Assembly: GCA_963804995.1 (NCBI GenBank)
Contig: CAWDSK010000005.1
Location: 192,001-256,000, forward strand
Direction of reading: 5' to 3'
DNA: 64,000 nucleotides
DNA from: an uncultured Acidobacteriota bacterium
GTDB lineage: Bacteria > Acidobacteriota > Terriglobia > UBA7540
Positions 19,987 through 30,270 of this stretch are shown here, one piece after another. How positions within the stretch are numbered: the stretch's first letter is position 1; each line of letters begins with the position of its first letter. The notes under the pieces are model-generated. The model was given only the letters and a program-made list of their open reading frames with translations. It was not told the origin of the DNA and searched no databases. A program made the position numbers and the translations under genes.

Positions 19987-22900
19987 ATGACTGCCTGTTT
20001 TCCCGCGCGTATGAGGCGCCTGCGGTTCCGCAGTGCTTCAATCGCAATAATCGGTTTCGCCGCTTGGCTGACGCTCTGGGTGCCGGGGGGAGTCCTACGC
20101 GCCGCGCCGGCCGAGGGGGACGCGGACAAGGCAGTTATTCTCTTTGACAGCCTGGCCGAACCCCACGCCGAATCGTACATTCATGCCCTCTTCCTGAAAA
20201 ACCTGCTGACCCACTTCGGTCTCGAGGGAGACCTCATCCCGGTCAACGTGTATAAGCGGGGGCAATTGGCCGGCTACCGGGCGGGTTTCTTGATCGCCTC
20301 GACACTCGGCGCACAGATTCCGTCTGCCGTGCTCGCTGACGTGCTGGCGACTGACCGGCCTTTCGCCTGGATGGGCGGACATATCGATCAACTCCTCGAA
20401 ATCCCGGAAGCGCGCCGCCGTTTCGGCTTCAGCTTTGTCGAATATCGCACCGACCTCGATTACAGACACGTTGAGTACAAGGATACCCTCCTGGCCAAAC
20501 CGGAGCCGGACCTGAACATCGTGTCGATTACGAACCCGAAAGTCGCCCAGGTGGTGGCGACCGCCCTCAATCAGAAAAAAGTTTCGAATCCGTACGTAGT
20601 GAAGAGTGGCCACTTCTGGTACTTTGCCGACCGGCCGCTTTCCTACATGTCGGAAGGAACCCGCTACCTGGTGGTGTGTGACCTGCTCCATGACATCCTG
20701 GGCATCGACCACCCCGCCGAACAACGCGCCCTGGTACGCATCGAAGACGTGAGCGTGGACGACGATCCCGATGACCTCGTCAAGATTGCGGACATGCTCA
20801 AAAGCCGGCATGTGCCCTTTCAGATAGCCATCATCCCGATCTTCCGCGACCCCGCGCATTCGCTGGAGATCCGCCTGGGGGACCGCAAAGCGACCGTGGC
20901 GGCGATCCAGGCCATGGTGGCTCGCGGTGGGACGCCGGTCATGCACGGAACCACCCATCAGGTCCATGGGCTGAGCGGAGATGAGTACGAGTTCTGGGAT
21001 GAGCTGGGCGATCGGCCCGTGGGGGCCGACTCGGCGGAATTCGTGCGACGTCGGTTGCGGCAAGGCTTGAATGAGTTTTTCGCAAACGGAATCTATCCGG
21101 TCGCCTATGAGGTCCCGCACTACGCGGCGTCTGAGATCGACTACCGCACCCTGGGCCAAACGTTCTCGCTATTTTACGATCGCCCCATGGTGGTACCCGA
21201 CGCCACGACTCAACAGCTTGTGCCCTACCCCGTCGTGGATGGGTACGGCCGTCACATCATTCCGGAAGACATGGGATATCTTCCCGAAGACGATCCCGAC
21301 CCAGAAAAGTTGATCCGTTACGCCCACAGCCTGCGGGTGGTGCGCGATGGGATCGCCTCCTTCTACTTCCACCCGTTTCTGAACCAGAAGCTTCTGGAGC
21401 GAATCGTCCAAGGGGTTACCGAACAGGGCTATCACTTTGTTTCCTTGCGCGAGTTCGGCGGCACGGTTGACTTTGACGGGCTCTACGCGGTTCGTACGGC
21501 TACGGGGAATGTCCGCCTGTCCCCCCAGGATGAGTATTGGCGGGTGCAACAATTCGATGCCGGCGGCAGGTTGGTACGGACCGATCTATCGCCTGCGAGA
21601 ATGAAAGGCCCGGTTGATGTGGCGGTCGAGGTGCCGCCGGGCGGGTATACGGCCGTTGATTGCCTGCGCCAGTTGCCACGCGAACCTGAGCGCGCCACGA
21701 CTTGGCTCGAGCGGCTGCGGTTGTGGTGGAGCGGTGGACCGCCGCCCCCTCCTGCGCCCTCCACCGTGGTTCGCGACAAGTTCTCCGGGCCTCCCGTTGC
21801 TTGGCTCCTTTGGTTGGACAAACCCTCCCCCGGCGCGGGATTCAACCAGGAGAGTTACAAGACGGTGCTTGAGGCTTTGGGGTACCAGGTGCAGGTTGTA
21901 AAGAGCACCAAGTTCACCAGCCCACCGAGGGCCAGGGACGTGCTGCTGGTCATACCTCACGCCGTAGGGGCGCGGCTACCGGACGCGCGGCAAAAGCAGA
22001 TTGCGCAGTATCTCATGTCAGGCGGTGAAGTGCTTGCCGACCGGCAGCAGCCTTGGCTCGAAAAGGCCGGGTTTGCATTCCCAGGCGGCCAGATGGTGAT
22101 TACTTCCGTCACCGATTCTGAACACGCGGAAATGAAGTTGACCTGGCGGCCCGAGGAACGCATCGCGCGGTTTACGGCGCCGGAGGGCGCCCGGGAATTG
22201 ATGACCGATACGGAAAGCGGCCAACCGCTGGCGGTATCCGGTTCCGCCGGGGCAGGCCACTATCTGTACCTCGCAGCGGCGCTCGATAATCACACCAAAG
22301 ACGGCACCAGCCACTATCCCTATTTCCCGGAATACCTCAGCACCACGTTCGGCGTCAGCACCCCCCTGCGCAACACGCGCCTGGACGTTTACTTCGATCC
22401 CAGCTATCGCCCCGGCGCCGACTTCAACCGGCTGGCCACCATCTGGCGCCGCTCCGGCATCAGCACGATTCATGTCGCCGCGTGGTTGTCCACGCGCCAG
22501 TGGCCGTTTCCCTATGAAGAATTCATCCGCGACTGCCACCGCAATGGCATCGCGGTCTACGCCTGGTTCGTCTTCCCGGCCGTGGATAAGGTGGTGCCGA
22601 TCAGTAAGGGTACGATGTGGGATGAGCATCCGGAATGGCGGGAGAAAACTGCGGCCGGCACCGACGGCCAAGTCGGCTGGCGATACTTGATGAATTTCCA
22701 GGATCCCGACTGCTTCCAGGCAGCGATGGATTGGATGAAAGGCATCCTTAATCAGAGCGATTGGGATGGCGTCAATATCGCGGAATTGAACTTCGATGCC
22801 GACTTCAAGGATTACCTGCGCCCGGACAAGTTTGTTCCCATGAACGACATTGTGCGCGCGGACTTTAAGAAGAAAGCCGGCTTTGACCCCATCCAGTTAT

Positions 22901-24012
22901 TCCGGCCCGGCTCCCCCCACTACTACAAAACTGACCCGGCCGGGTTTGCTGCCTTCGAACATTACCGCGAAGACATCGTGATGGATTGGCACCGGCGCGT
23001 GCTGGGGGAAATCGAGCCCCTGCGCAAGCAGCACGGCTGGGAAGTCATCGTCACCGCGCTCGATAGCCTGCACGACAACTACGTAAAGCCTGCGCTGGGC
23101 ATGGACTCGCGCCGCCTGGTGGGCTTGATGAACGAATTCCCGTTCACCCTCCAGATCGAGGATCCCGCGCGCTTTTGGATGGCGCCCCCCGACCGCTACC
23201 AGCGTTTCGCTGCCACCTATCGAAAATTGATCCCCGATCCGCGCCGCCTGATGTTTGACGTCAATGTGGTCCCCGATCGGGATTTGAAGGGCACTTTCCT
23301 GCCCTCGTTCACAGCTACGGGCACGGAGTTGGCGCTGACGGTTGCCAGCGCCGCTTCTGTCGCGGGGCGGGTAGCGGTGTATTCGGAGCACACCGTGCCG
23401 CCCCAGGATTGGGATCTTATCCAGGTGGTGTTAACCCATCAGGCCTCGATCACCCCGGAGCGCAACGGCGTGGAGGTCAACACCCGCACCTCCCTACTCT
23501 TCACCCCCGCGGACGATCCTCTTTATTACGTCGACGGCCGCCTCTGGCCCGCTTTTTCTGCGGACGGCGTGGTGCTGCCCAGGGGACGGCACTCCATCTC
23601 CCCCAAACAGGATTGGTGGCGCTTCCTTCACACCGACGAATTCCAAGCGCGCATTGTGAATAGCTCCGCGGATCTGCTCGACGCCCAGGCTGACGCCACC
23701 AACCTGAAGTTCCATTATTGGTCGCCGGGCCGGGCGGTCATCACTTTCGATCAGCAGCCGCGTGATATCCTGGTGGATGGCGCCTCCCAGACCTTGCCCA
23801 CCGAGCGCAACCTCCGCAACTGGGCGGTGGTTTTCCCTTCCGGTGACCACCACGTTCTGGTTATCACAAATACCAAAGCCGGGGTGGCCGTGAATGTGGT
23901 AGGCTGGGCTTCTTCCTGGGCCATCGGCGCTTTCGGCATCCTGGTGACGGCCCTCATGGTGATTGTCTACTTGCAACTGCGCCTGGAGCGAATTATAAAA
24001 CGTAATGGATAG
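19987..24012 (+). CDS. Large exported DUF2334 (YdaL-like) polysaccharide deacetylase fused to a TIM-barrel glycoside-hydrolase-like domain, C-terminal TM anchor
   Basis: Signal/TM N-terminus; VRIEDV, MHGTTHQ, EF, PHY, SFYFHPF; later HPEW...WDGVNIAE; hydrophobic C-terminus. Confidence 0.75.
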   Translation: MTACFPARMRRLRFRSASIAIIGFAAWLTLWVPGGVLRAAPAEGDADKAVILFDSLAEPHAESYIHALFLKNLLTHFGLEGDLIPVNVYKRGQLAGYRAGFLIASTLGAQIPSAVLADVLATDRPFAWMGGHIDQLLEIPEARRRFGFSFVEYRTDLDYRHVEYKDTLLAKPEPDLNIVSITNPKVAQVVATALNQKKVSNPYVVKSGHFWYFADRPLSYMSEGTRYLVVCDLLHDILGIDHPAEQRALVRIEDVSVDDDPDDLVKIADMLKSRHVPFQIAIIPIFRDPAHSLEIRLGDRKATVAAIQAMVARGGTPVMHGTTHQVHGLSGDEYEFWDELGDRPVGADSAEFVRRRLRQGLNEFFANGIYPVAYEVPHYAASEIDYRTLGQTFSLFYDRPMVVPDATTQQLVPYPVVDGYGRHIIPEDMGYLPEDDPDPEKLIRYAHSLRVVRDGIASFYFHPFLNQKLLERIVQGVTEQGYHFVSLREFGGTVDFDGLYAVRTATGNVRLSPQDEYWRVQQFDAGGRLVRTDLSPARMKGPVDVAVEVPPGGYTAVDCLRQLPREPERATTWLERLRLWWSGGPPPPPAPSTVVRDKFSGPPVAWLLWLDKPSPGAGFNQESYKTVLEALGYQVQVVKSTKFTSPPRARDVLLVIPHAVGARLPDARQKQIAQYLMSGGEVLADRQQPWLEKAGFAFPGGQMVITSVTDSEHAEMKLTWRPEERIARFTAPEGARELMTDTESGQPLAVSGSAGAGHYLYLAAALDNHTKDGTSHYPYFPEYLSTTFGVSTPLRNTRLDVYFDPSYRPGADFNRLATIWRRSGISTIHVAAWLSTRQWPFPYEEFIRDCHRNGIAVYAWFVFPAVDKVVPISKGTMWDEHPEWREKTAAGTDGQVGWRYLMNFQDPDCFQAAMDWMKGILNQSDWDGVNIAELNFDADFKDYLRPDKFVPMNDIVRADFKKKAGFDPIQLFRPGSPHYYKTDPAGFAAFEHYREDIVMDWHRRVLGEIEPLRKQHGWEVIVTALDSLHDNYVKPALGMDSRRLVGLMNEFPFTLQIEDPARFWMAPPDRYQRFAATYRKLIPDPRRLMFDVNVVPDRDLKGTFLPSFTATGTELALTVASAASVAGRVAVYSEHTVPPQDWDLIQVVLTHQASITPERNGVEVNTRTSLLFTPADDPLYYVDGRLWPAFSADGVVLPRGRHSISPKQDWWRFLHTDEFQARIVNSSADLLDAQADATNLKFHYWSPGRAVITFDQQPRDILVDGASQTLPTERNLRNWAVVFPSGDHHVLVITNTKAGVAVNVVGWASSWAIGAFGILVTALMVIVYLQLRLERIIKRNG

Positions 24013-24018
24013 AATCAT

Positions 24019-25287
24019 ATGCCTTACTCTAGTTGGGTCATCGACGGCTTCTTTGTCGCCACTGTTGCCCTGATCTGGTTCATGCTGGGGTACCAGTCCG
24101 TGCTCTTTTTCCTCGGGCACGGTTATTACCGGCGCACTCGCAAAGTTGCGCTGAAGACGCCGCAGCTCCCCGATTCCGAGCTGCCTTGCATCTCCGTGCT
24201 GGTGCCCTGCCACAATGAAGGGCGGGTTATCGCGCACACGATTCGCGCCCTCCAAAACCTGGTCTACCCGCCCGAAAAAATCGAGTTCCTCCTCATCAAC
24301 GATGGCAGCACGGACAACACCGCGCAGGTCATCCGCAGCTTCGCCGCCGATCCCCGCGTCCGCCTGCTGGACGTGCCTCCTAACCTCAGTGCCCGGGGCA
24401 AAGCCAGTGCGCTCAACTATGCCTTGACTCAGGCGCGCTATCCGGTCCTGTCCATTTATGATGCCGACAACCTTCCAGAGCCCACCGCCATTCGTACCCT
24501 GGCTTCAGAACTGGTGCGTCACCCGGAGCTGGCCGCCGCCGTGGGCATGTACCGCGCTTGGAACCGCCGCCGCGCCCTGCTGACCCGCTTCATCAACATC
24601 GAGGGCATCGGCTTCCAGTGGATTCTCCAGGCCGGCCGCTGGATGATGATGCGCCTCACCTTCCTGCCGGGCACAAACTACGTCATTCATAAGGCCATCA
24701 TCGAAAAACTTGGAGGCTGGGATGAGCAGGCCCTGACCGAGGATTCTGAACTGACCGTGCGCATTTATCAGGCGGGGTACGCCGTCCAGTTTGTTCCTAC
24801 CTCCGTCAGTTGGGAACAGGAACCGGAATCTTTCCTGAACTGGTTTCGGCAGCGCCGCCGCTGGGTGCGGGGCTTCAACTACGTGATGGTGAAACATTCC
24901 GCGGGGCTGCTGCGCACCCGCCCGCGTCGCGTGGCGTTTGAAATCCTCTCCTCGCACTTGTTGTACTACTTCTTCTTCCTGGCCGTCGTCATCTCCGATA
25001 TCCTCTTCGTTCTCTGCCTCTCACACCTCATCGTCATCAACGTGCCCGGACCTTACAGCATTGTGTGGATTCTTGCCTACGCCACGTTTGTCCTGGAGCT
25101 CGTGATCGCGCTCTCCTGTGAGCGCGGCGAAGATTCCATGCTCAATATTCTGTTGACCGTCCTCATGTACTTCACCTATTGCCAGCTTTGGATTCCCGTG
25201 GTGGCGGCGGCCTTCTACGATGACTTCATCATTCATCGCGAGATGAAATGGGCGAAGACGGAACGCTATCAGGTGGATCCGGCGTGA
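24019..25287 (+). CDS. Processive GT2 glycosyltransferase (YdaM/IcaA-like)
   Basis: PCHNE, DGSTD, KASALN, DAD, TED, QRRRW; TM helices. Confidence 0.92.
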   Translation: MPYSSWVIDGFFVATVALIWFMLGYQSVLFFLGHGYYRRTRKVALKTPQLPDSELPCISVLVPCHNEGRVIAHTIRALQNLVYPPEKIEFLLINDGSTDNTAQVIRSFAADPRVRLLDVPPNLSARGKASALNYALTQARYPVLSIYDADNLPEPTAIRTLASELVRHPELAAAVGMYRAWNRRRALLTRFINIEGIGFQWILQAGRWMMMRLTFLPGTNYVIHKAIIEKLGGWDEQALTEDSELTVRIYQAGYAVQFVPTSVSWEQEPESFLNWFRQRRRWVRGFNYVMVKHSAGLLRTRPRRVAFEILSSHLLYYFFFLAVVISDILFVLCLSHLIVINVPGPYSIVWILAYATFVLELVIALSCERGEDSMLNILLTVLMYFTYCQLWIPVVAAAFYDDFIIHREMKWAKTERYQVDPA

Positions 25288-25289
25288 GG

Positions 25290-25405
25290 GATTTTAGATT
25301 TTGGATTTTCGATTTTAGATTTCAAATTTTCGATTTTAGATTTTCGGTTTTGAATTTCCGATTTTGGATTCTCGATTTTGAATCTTGAATTTTAAATCTT
25401 GAATT
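25290..25405 (+). repeat. Heptamer tandem repeat (GATTTTN)n, about 16 units
   Basis: gatttta gattttg gattttc gatttta ... Confidence 0.9.
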
Positions 25406-25493
25406 AAAAAGTACCCCAGTTGGCTGGAGCAGCCCCCTGACCATTTGATTCTGCCCCCGCCTACCCATCCGCTGCCTCTCGGAAACTCATCCC

Positions 25494-26627
25494 ATGAGTC
25501 ATAAACGCTTTCACGTTCTCGTGGTCTTCGGCACGCGTCCGGAAGCCATCAAGCTTGCCCCGGTCATCCATGAACTCCGGCGCGCGCGAAGCCAGTTCAA
25601 GACCAGCATCTGCATCAGCTCCCAGCACCGGGATTTGCTGGAGCCGATTCTGCGCTGGTTTCGCATCCCGGTGGATTACGATCTGGACGTCATGCGTCCC
25701 GATCAGGAATTGTGCGGGCTGTCGGCGCGCATTCTGGAGAGGTTTCACGACGTGCTCACGCGCTGCCGGCCGGACCTGGTTCTGGTGCAGGGAGACACCA
25801 CCACGGTCATGACGGCCGGCCTGGCGGCCTTCTATCATCGCGTCCCCGTGGGCCATGTGGAAGCGGGGCTGCGCACGCTCAACCGCTATTCACCCTTCCC
25901 TGAGGAGATCAACCGCCGCTTGGCCTCGCATCTCGCTGACCTGCACTTTGCGCCCACCCCGTGGGCTCGAAGCAATCTTCTGAAGGAAGGCATTGCGCGT
26001 AGAAGTATTTACGTTACGGGCAATACCGTCGTCGACGCGTTTCTGGAGACGCGCACGCGGGTGGTCCGCCATCCTCCGGCTCTTTCTGAACTTTCGGACC
26101 TCAAGCTGGGGACGCGGAAGCTGATCGTGGTGACCACCCATCGCCGTGAGAACTTTGGGCCCGGCCTCGCCAATATCTGCAAGGCGTTGCGCCGCCTGGC
26201 AACCGAGCGCGACGACATCGAGATCGTTCTCCCCGTTCATCCCAACCCCAACGTGCAGTCGGTGGTGCGGCCGCTGCTGGGCGGAATCGACCGCATCCAC
26301 TTGATCCAACCCATGGAGTATCCGCAATTCGTGCGCCTCTTGAGCTCGGCCTACCTGGCGCTTACCGACTCGGGCGGTATCCAGGAGGAAATGCCGTCCC
26401 TGGGACGGCCGGTCCTGGTGATGCGCGAGAAAACGGAACGCCCGGAAGGCGTGCAGGCAGGCGTGTGCAAGCTGGTCGGAACTTCGACGGAAGTGATTGT
26501 ACGCACCGTCAAGCAGTTGCTCGACGACCCCAAGGCCTACGCCCAATTTTCAAAACGCCGCAGCCCCTTCGGCGATGGCAAAGCCGCCCGGAAAATCGTA
26601 GCCACGCTCAAGAAACTTTACACCTGA
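25494..26627 (+). CDS. wecB: UDP-N-acetylglucosamine 2-epimerase (non-hydrolysing)
   Basis: FGTRPEAIK, QGDT, HVEAGLR, PEE, HRREN, DSGGIQEE, TERPE. Confidence 0.96.
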   Translation: MSHKRFHVLVVFGTRPEAIKLAPVIHELRRARSQFKTSICISSQHRDLLEPILRWFRIPVDYDLDVMRPDQELCGLSARILERFHDVLTRCRPDLVLVQGDTTTVMTAGLAAFYHRVPVGHVEAGLRTLNRYSPFPEEINRRLASHLADLHFAPTPWARSNLLKEGIARRSIYVTGNTVVDAFLETRTRVVRHPPALSELSDLKLGTRKLIVVTTHRRENFGPGLANICKALRRLATERDDIEIVLPVHPNPNVQSVVRPLLGGIDRIHLIQPMEYPQFVRLLSSAYLALTDSGGIQEEMPSLGRPVLVMREKTERPEGVQAGVCKLVGTSTEVIVRTVKQLLDDPKAYAQFSKRRSPFGDGKAARKIVATLKKLYT

Positions 26628-26843
26628 GCCCCCGCGGCAATAATTTCCGCTGATTTCTCACCAGCCCAGGCTTTTTCTAATAAGCCACCCGAAGCAGCGG
26701 GATAGAATTGGAATTCATAGCCCTCTCCGAGGGGAGAGGGTGGACCGCCGCCGGCGCTTTCATCAGCCGGGGCGGGCCGGGTGAGGGGTCACTTCATCAC
26801 CAGACGTGGGGGGTGGAGGTCGAGCTCCGCATTGCGCGCTCTC

Positions 26844-26961
26844 CTAGGAGTGTGTCGGAAATAATAATTCGTCAACGAAGAATCAACAACTTACAGACAC
26901 TCGAATCTCGCTAAGTTATTAATTCTACGTACAACGAAATCTATCTCCGACAGGCTCCTAG
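26844..26961. mobile_element. AT-rich CTAG-flanked MITE
   Basis: CTAGGAGTGTGTCGGA ... TCCGACAGGCTCCTAG. Confidence 0.7.
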
Positions 26962-26994
26962 CCAGTCTTCGCAGGCCCACGACTTTGTGTCAAT

Positions 26995-27056
26995 GTGGGA
27001 CTGTCCCATATGTTGCGCCACGCGAGGCGTAGCGACCGTAGTCCCACCAATTTCCC
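26995..27056. repeat. ~60-bp dispersed repeat, second copy at 56419-56480
   Basis: gtgggac(a)tgtcccat.tgttgcgc...ggcgtagcgaccgtagtcccacca. Confidence 0.75.
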
Positions 27057-27060
27057 ACCT

Positions 27061-29880
27061 TCAGCGTTTTCCCCCCTGACATTTTGTTATGTGCGCCATC
27101 CCGCCCTTCTCGCTGCCTTCTGCTTTCCGCTTTCTGCCTTCCGCCTTCTGCCTTCCGCCTTCTGCCTTCTGCCTACTGTTCTTTCCAAAGTGCGCGGCGG
27201 GTTCGAAAGCTTTCTCAAGCGCCTGCCGGTAAGCTTCCACGTCGTAGCCCCTCCAACCTTCCCACAGAGTCCAGGCGCGCACGCGATCGTCGATGAATGT
27301 GGAGTCCGCATCGGTGATGATGAATTCGATGTTCTCACCCGGGCGCAACTTCACACCCGCGCGGTCCAGTTGCCGGGCGGCGATGGCGGTCACGCTGTTC
27401 TTCTGGTAGCTGGCGGGAGCTTTGGTAAGGCGTTTGCGAATGACCAGTTCTTCCGGAGCTACGCTACCATCCACGAGGCGCGCCACGTATTTTGCGTAGA
27501 CTTCCCGAGCCTCGCAGAGTTTGGCGCAATAGGTTGTGAAGTCGCGCGCCTCCGCCAAAATCGTCAGCACCTCAAGCTGCATCCTCGAGACCAGCGGCGG
27601 CGTGTCGTGCCGGCGGCATTCCAGCCCGCGCACTTTCAGCTCGCCCGCCTCCGACACGCAGAAAAAGCGGTTGGGCACCGGGATTTCCGCGCACTGCTTG
27701 GAAGGCAGGAAGACAACGTAGCGATAGACGGCCTCAAGCGCCAAGGGCAGGCCGGTGATTTGTTCGATTTCCTGCGCGAGCCGCAGATAGTCCGCGCGGC
27801 TGGGGACTGGGGGCTGGGGAACAGCCGAAACTCGAAAATCGAAATTCGAAACTCGCGAGGCAGTTACCGAATTTCGAGTTTCGGCCTTTTCGTAATCTCT
27901 GATTTTCGATTGCTGATTGTCGATTGAACCCGTCAATAATCGACCATCGTCAATCGTCAATGGAAAGCGAGTTTCGAATTTCGAATTTCGAGTTTCGGCT
28001 TTTTCGCAATTGCCGACTCCTGACTCCTCACTCCTAACTCCTGCCCCCTGCACATAGAGCGAATCCACCAGCGCATGCAGCACGCGGTAGCCTCGCTGCT
28101 CCGCCACCTCTTTCGCCACCAGCAATTTTTCCCGCGCCAAGGCATTGATGGCCTCGTGCGCTTCGATTTTCCCAAAGCGCGCGTTTTTGTAGCCGGTGTA
28201 CCCGAAGCAACAAACCAGCAGCCACTTCAGCACGTCGCGCCGCTGTTTACAGGCTGCGGGGTTCGGGATACGGGCTACGGGACACGGGATACGGGGTTCG
28301 GGATACGGGGTTCTGGAATCGGGAATCGGGATACTGGACACAAGATGTGGAGTTTGGGATTCTGAATTCGTGGTCCGGGGCTCGGGATTCGAAGTGGGAG
28401 AGGGGAGATTTGCCACAGAACTTTCTCCCTGCATCCTGAAACCTGGAGCCCCAATTCCGAATCCCGAATTCCGAGCCTTCAGCCCCGCAGGTTGGATTTC
28501 CAACCCCGCATCCCGTATCCCGTATCCCGTGTCCCGTGTCCCGGCCTCCGTATTCCGTGCCCCGTATCCCGTGTCCCGTATCTCCTTGTACTTTCGCCGC
28601 TTGGCGATGAGGCGCTCAACCACCCGGCTGGTGATGCCGCGATGCTGCTGGCAGACGCGATAGCCGAGTTCCGGCACGCGCGGCGCCTGCGGGCAGCACG
28701 GACAGTTCACCGTTTCCGGCGAAATATTGAAGCGCGCCATGATGCTGGGGAACTCGCTGACGAAATCCAGTTCCGCCACGTTTTCAAAGAAGCCGAGGCG
28801 CGGAGGAAAGACCAACCCGCCGCGGTCCGCAATCAGCAGCTCATCCGGGAACTTGGGGCTTTCCGGCTCCGCCTTTTGCGCCGGGATCAGCACTCCGTCC
28901 CGCCAGGCGAGTTCCATCTGCATATAGGAAATTCCCGTGCCCGGGGTGGTGCGGCAGGCGTATTGAACCGGCAATTTCGTGATCCGCACCAGTTCCCACA
29001 GGCCTTCCTGCTGGCACTGGTCGGCGCCAAAGGAATTCTGCGTGTCGATGTGCAGCCGCCCGAACAAGGTCGTGGTGCTGTCCTTGAACAGGATGCGCCC
29101 GTAGCTCATGTAACTGCGCGAACGCGTGCTCGCGACCGGCACCTGATCGCGATTCAAGGGCAGGTGGATGTGGCGCCGCTGGGCTTGCCGCAGCAAACTC
29201 GGCAGCAGGACGGAATCACCCCATTCGGTCACCAGCACGTCCGGGTCGTGGACGCGCAGCAGGCGCTCGAAAGTCGCCGCGACGGGTTGCTCAGAATCAT
29301 CCAGCACCTGCCAGTTGTCTTCGATGGCAACCTCCACAGCGCCGTGCCGCCCGTGCCGCGGATTGACGTCAGAGAGCCCTTCCAGGCGCATCCGCATGGT
29401 TCGGACGGGTGGCCGCTCGTAGTCGGTCCGCCACTCATCGTCGCGGCAGTCGATGGCCTGGATCTCACCCGCGGCATTCGCCTCAATCTCCACTTGCGCC
29501 AGGGGGAAAAGATTTTTCCCCCAACAGTACATCGGCGCCAGCATCAGGTCAGAGTCGTACAGGATCAGGTCGCTATCGAAGCGGCGGACGAAGCGCGCCA
29601 GCGGCGCGAACAGTGTGGGATGGTGCGCGGACACCTGGAGCACCCGCAGCGGTTGCCGGTCCCAGATGTTCTGCCGCTCCGTCAGTTGGCAGCTCACCCG
29701 AGCGCGGGCCGGGAGCGTTTCCGCCAGACGCGCCAGTTGCCCTTCCGGTCCCTGCACGTAAAAGCAGGGGAGGAAAGCGCTGTCAATCAGCCGGCGGCGC
29801 CTCTGGTTCGGCTCGATAAGCCACAGCACCATCCCCTGCGGGCAGGGGTAAAGGTTGAGAATCCATCCACTGAGTCTCAA
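27061..29880 (-). CDS. Family B DNA polymerase, PolB2 type, with two large in-frame repeat-derived inserts
   Basis: DRGGL, DFVSEFPSI (motif A), KWLLVCCFGYTGY (B), HALVDSL (C, PolB2-type), RGLECRRHDTP. Confidence 0.88.
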   Translation of the reverse strand: MRLSGWILNLYPCPQGMVLWLIEPNQRRRRLIDSAFLPCFYVQGPEGQLARLAETLPARARVSCQLTERQNIWDRQPLRVLQVSAHHPTLFAPLARFVRRFDSDLILYDSDLMLAPMYCWGKNLFPLAQVEIEANAAGEIQAIDCRDDEWRTDYERPPVRTMRMRLEGLSDVNPRHGRHGAVEVAIEDNWQVLDDSEQPVAATFERLLRVHDPDVLVTEWGDSVLLPSLLRQAQRRHIHLPLNRDQVPVASTRSRSYMSYGRILFKDSTTTLFGRLHIDTQNSFGADQCQQEGLWELVRITKLPVQYACRTTPGTGISYMQMELAWRDGVLIPAQKAEPESPKFPDELLIADRGGLVFPPRLGFFENVAELDFVSEFPSIMARFNISPETVNCPCCPQAPRVPELGYRVCQQHRGITSRVVERLIAKRRKYKEIRDTGYGARNTEAGTRDTGYGIRDAGLEIQPAGLKARNSGFGIGAPGFRMQGESSVANLPSPTSNPEPRTTNSESQTPHLVSSIPIPDSRTPYPEPRIPCPVARIPNPAACKQRRDVLKWLLVCCFGYTGYKNARFGKIEAHEAINALAREKLLVAKEVAEQRGYRVLHALVDSLYVQGAGVRSEESGVGNCEKAETRNSKFETRFPLTIDDGRLLTGSIDNQQSKIRDYEKAETRNSVTASRVSNFDFRVSAVPQPPVPSRADYLRLAQEIEQITGLPLALEAVYRYVVFLPSKQCAEIPVPNRFFCVSEAGELKVRGLECRRHDTPPLVSRMQLEVLTILAEARDFTTYCAKLCEAREVYAKYVARLVDGSVAPEELVIRKRLTKAPASYQKNSVTAIAARQLDRAGVKLRPGENIEFIITDADSTFIDDRVRAWTLWEGWRGYDVEAYRQALEKAFEPAAHFGKNSRQKAEGGRQKAEGRKRKAEGSEKGGMAHITKCQGGKR

Positions 29881-30130
29881 GGTTTATTCCTAACGCCGCC
29901 TCGATTTTGCGCAGCCGGATTTCGTGGTCCAGCTCCACGGCCACGTGAATGCCGTGCATCGCGTCCACGGGAAAGTGATAGGTGCAAGCCTGCACGTAGA
30001 GGCGCACGCGATTGAACATCGCCTCCAGATACACTTGCTCTTCCTGGCGCAGGGCGCGGCCAAAGCGCTGCTTCCAGGATTGCAATTCCTGTTCGATCAG
30101 GTCACGAAAGGTGGCAACGGTTCGTCCCAT
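29783..30130 (-). CDS. Small helical protein, arCOG07300-like PolB2 partner
   Basis: MGRTVATFR...W...FGRALRQEEQ; AGGAGG RBS. Confidence 0.75.
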   Translation of the reverse strand: MGRTVATFRDLIEQELQSWKQRFGRALRQEEQVYLEAMFNRVRLYVQACTYHFPVDAMHGIHVAVELDHEIRLRKIEAALGINLETQWMDSQPLPLPAGDGAVAYRAEPEAPPAD

Positions 30131-30270
30131 GGGTCCTCCTTCCAGGGGCTGGGGACTGGGCGTCAGGATCGAAACTCGAAATTCGAAACTCGAAATTCGG
30201 TGTCCCGCTCACGAGTTTGCCCGAGACTCCGTCGGGGCAAGGGGGCGAATTTCGAGTTTCGTCCTTTCCC

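Noticed and set aside
27800..28581. Inteins in the polymerase
   Set aside because: Inserts lack an N-terminal Cys/Ser block and a His-Asn end; they are translated simple repeats.
28492..30015. 507-aa plus-strand ORF and other long antisense ORFs (e.g. 45430-46431, 20095-21159, 4521-5447)
   Set aside because: They are shadows of well-supported genes on the opposite strand in GC-rich DNA and have no motifs.
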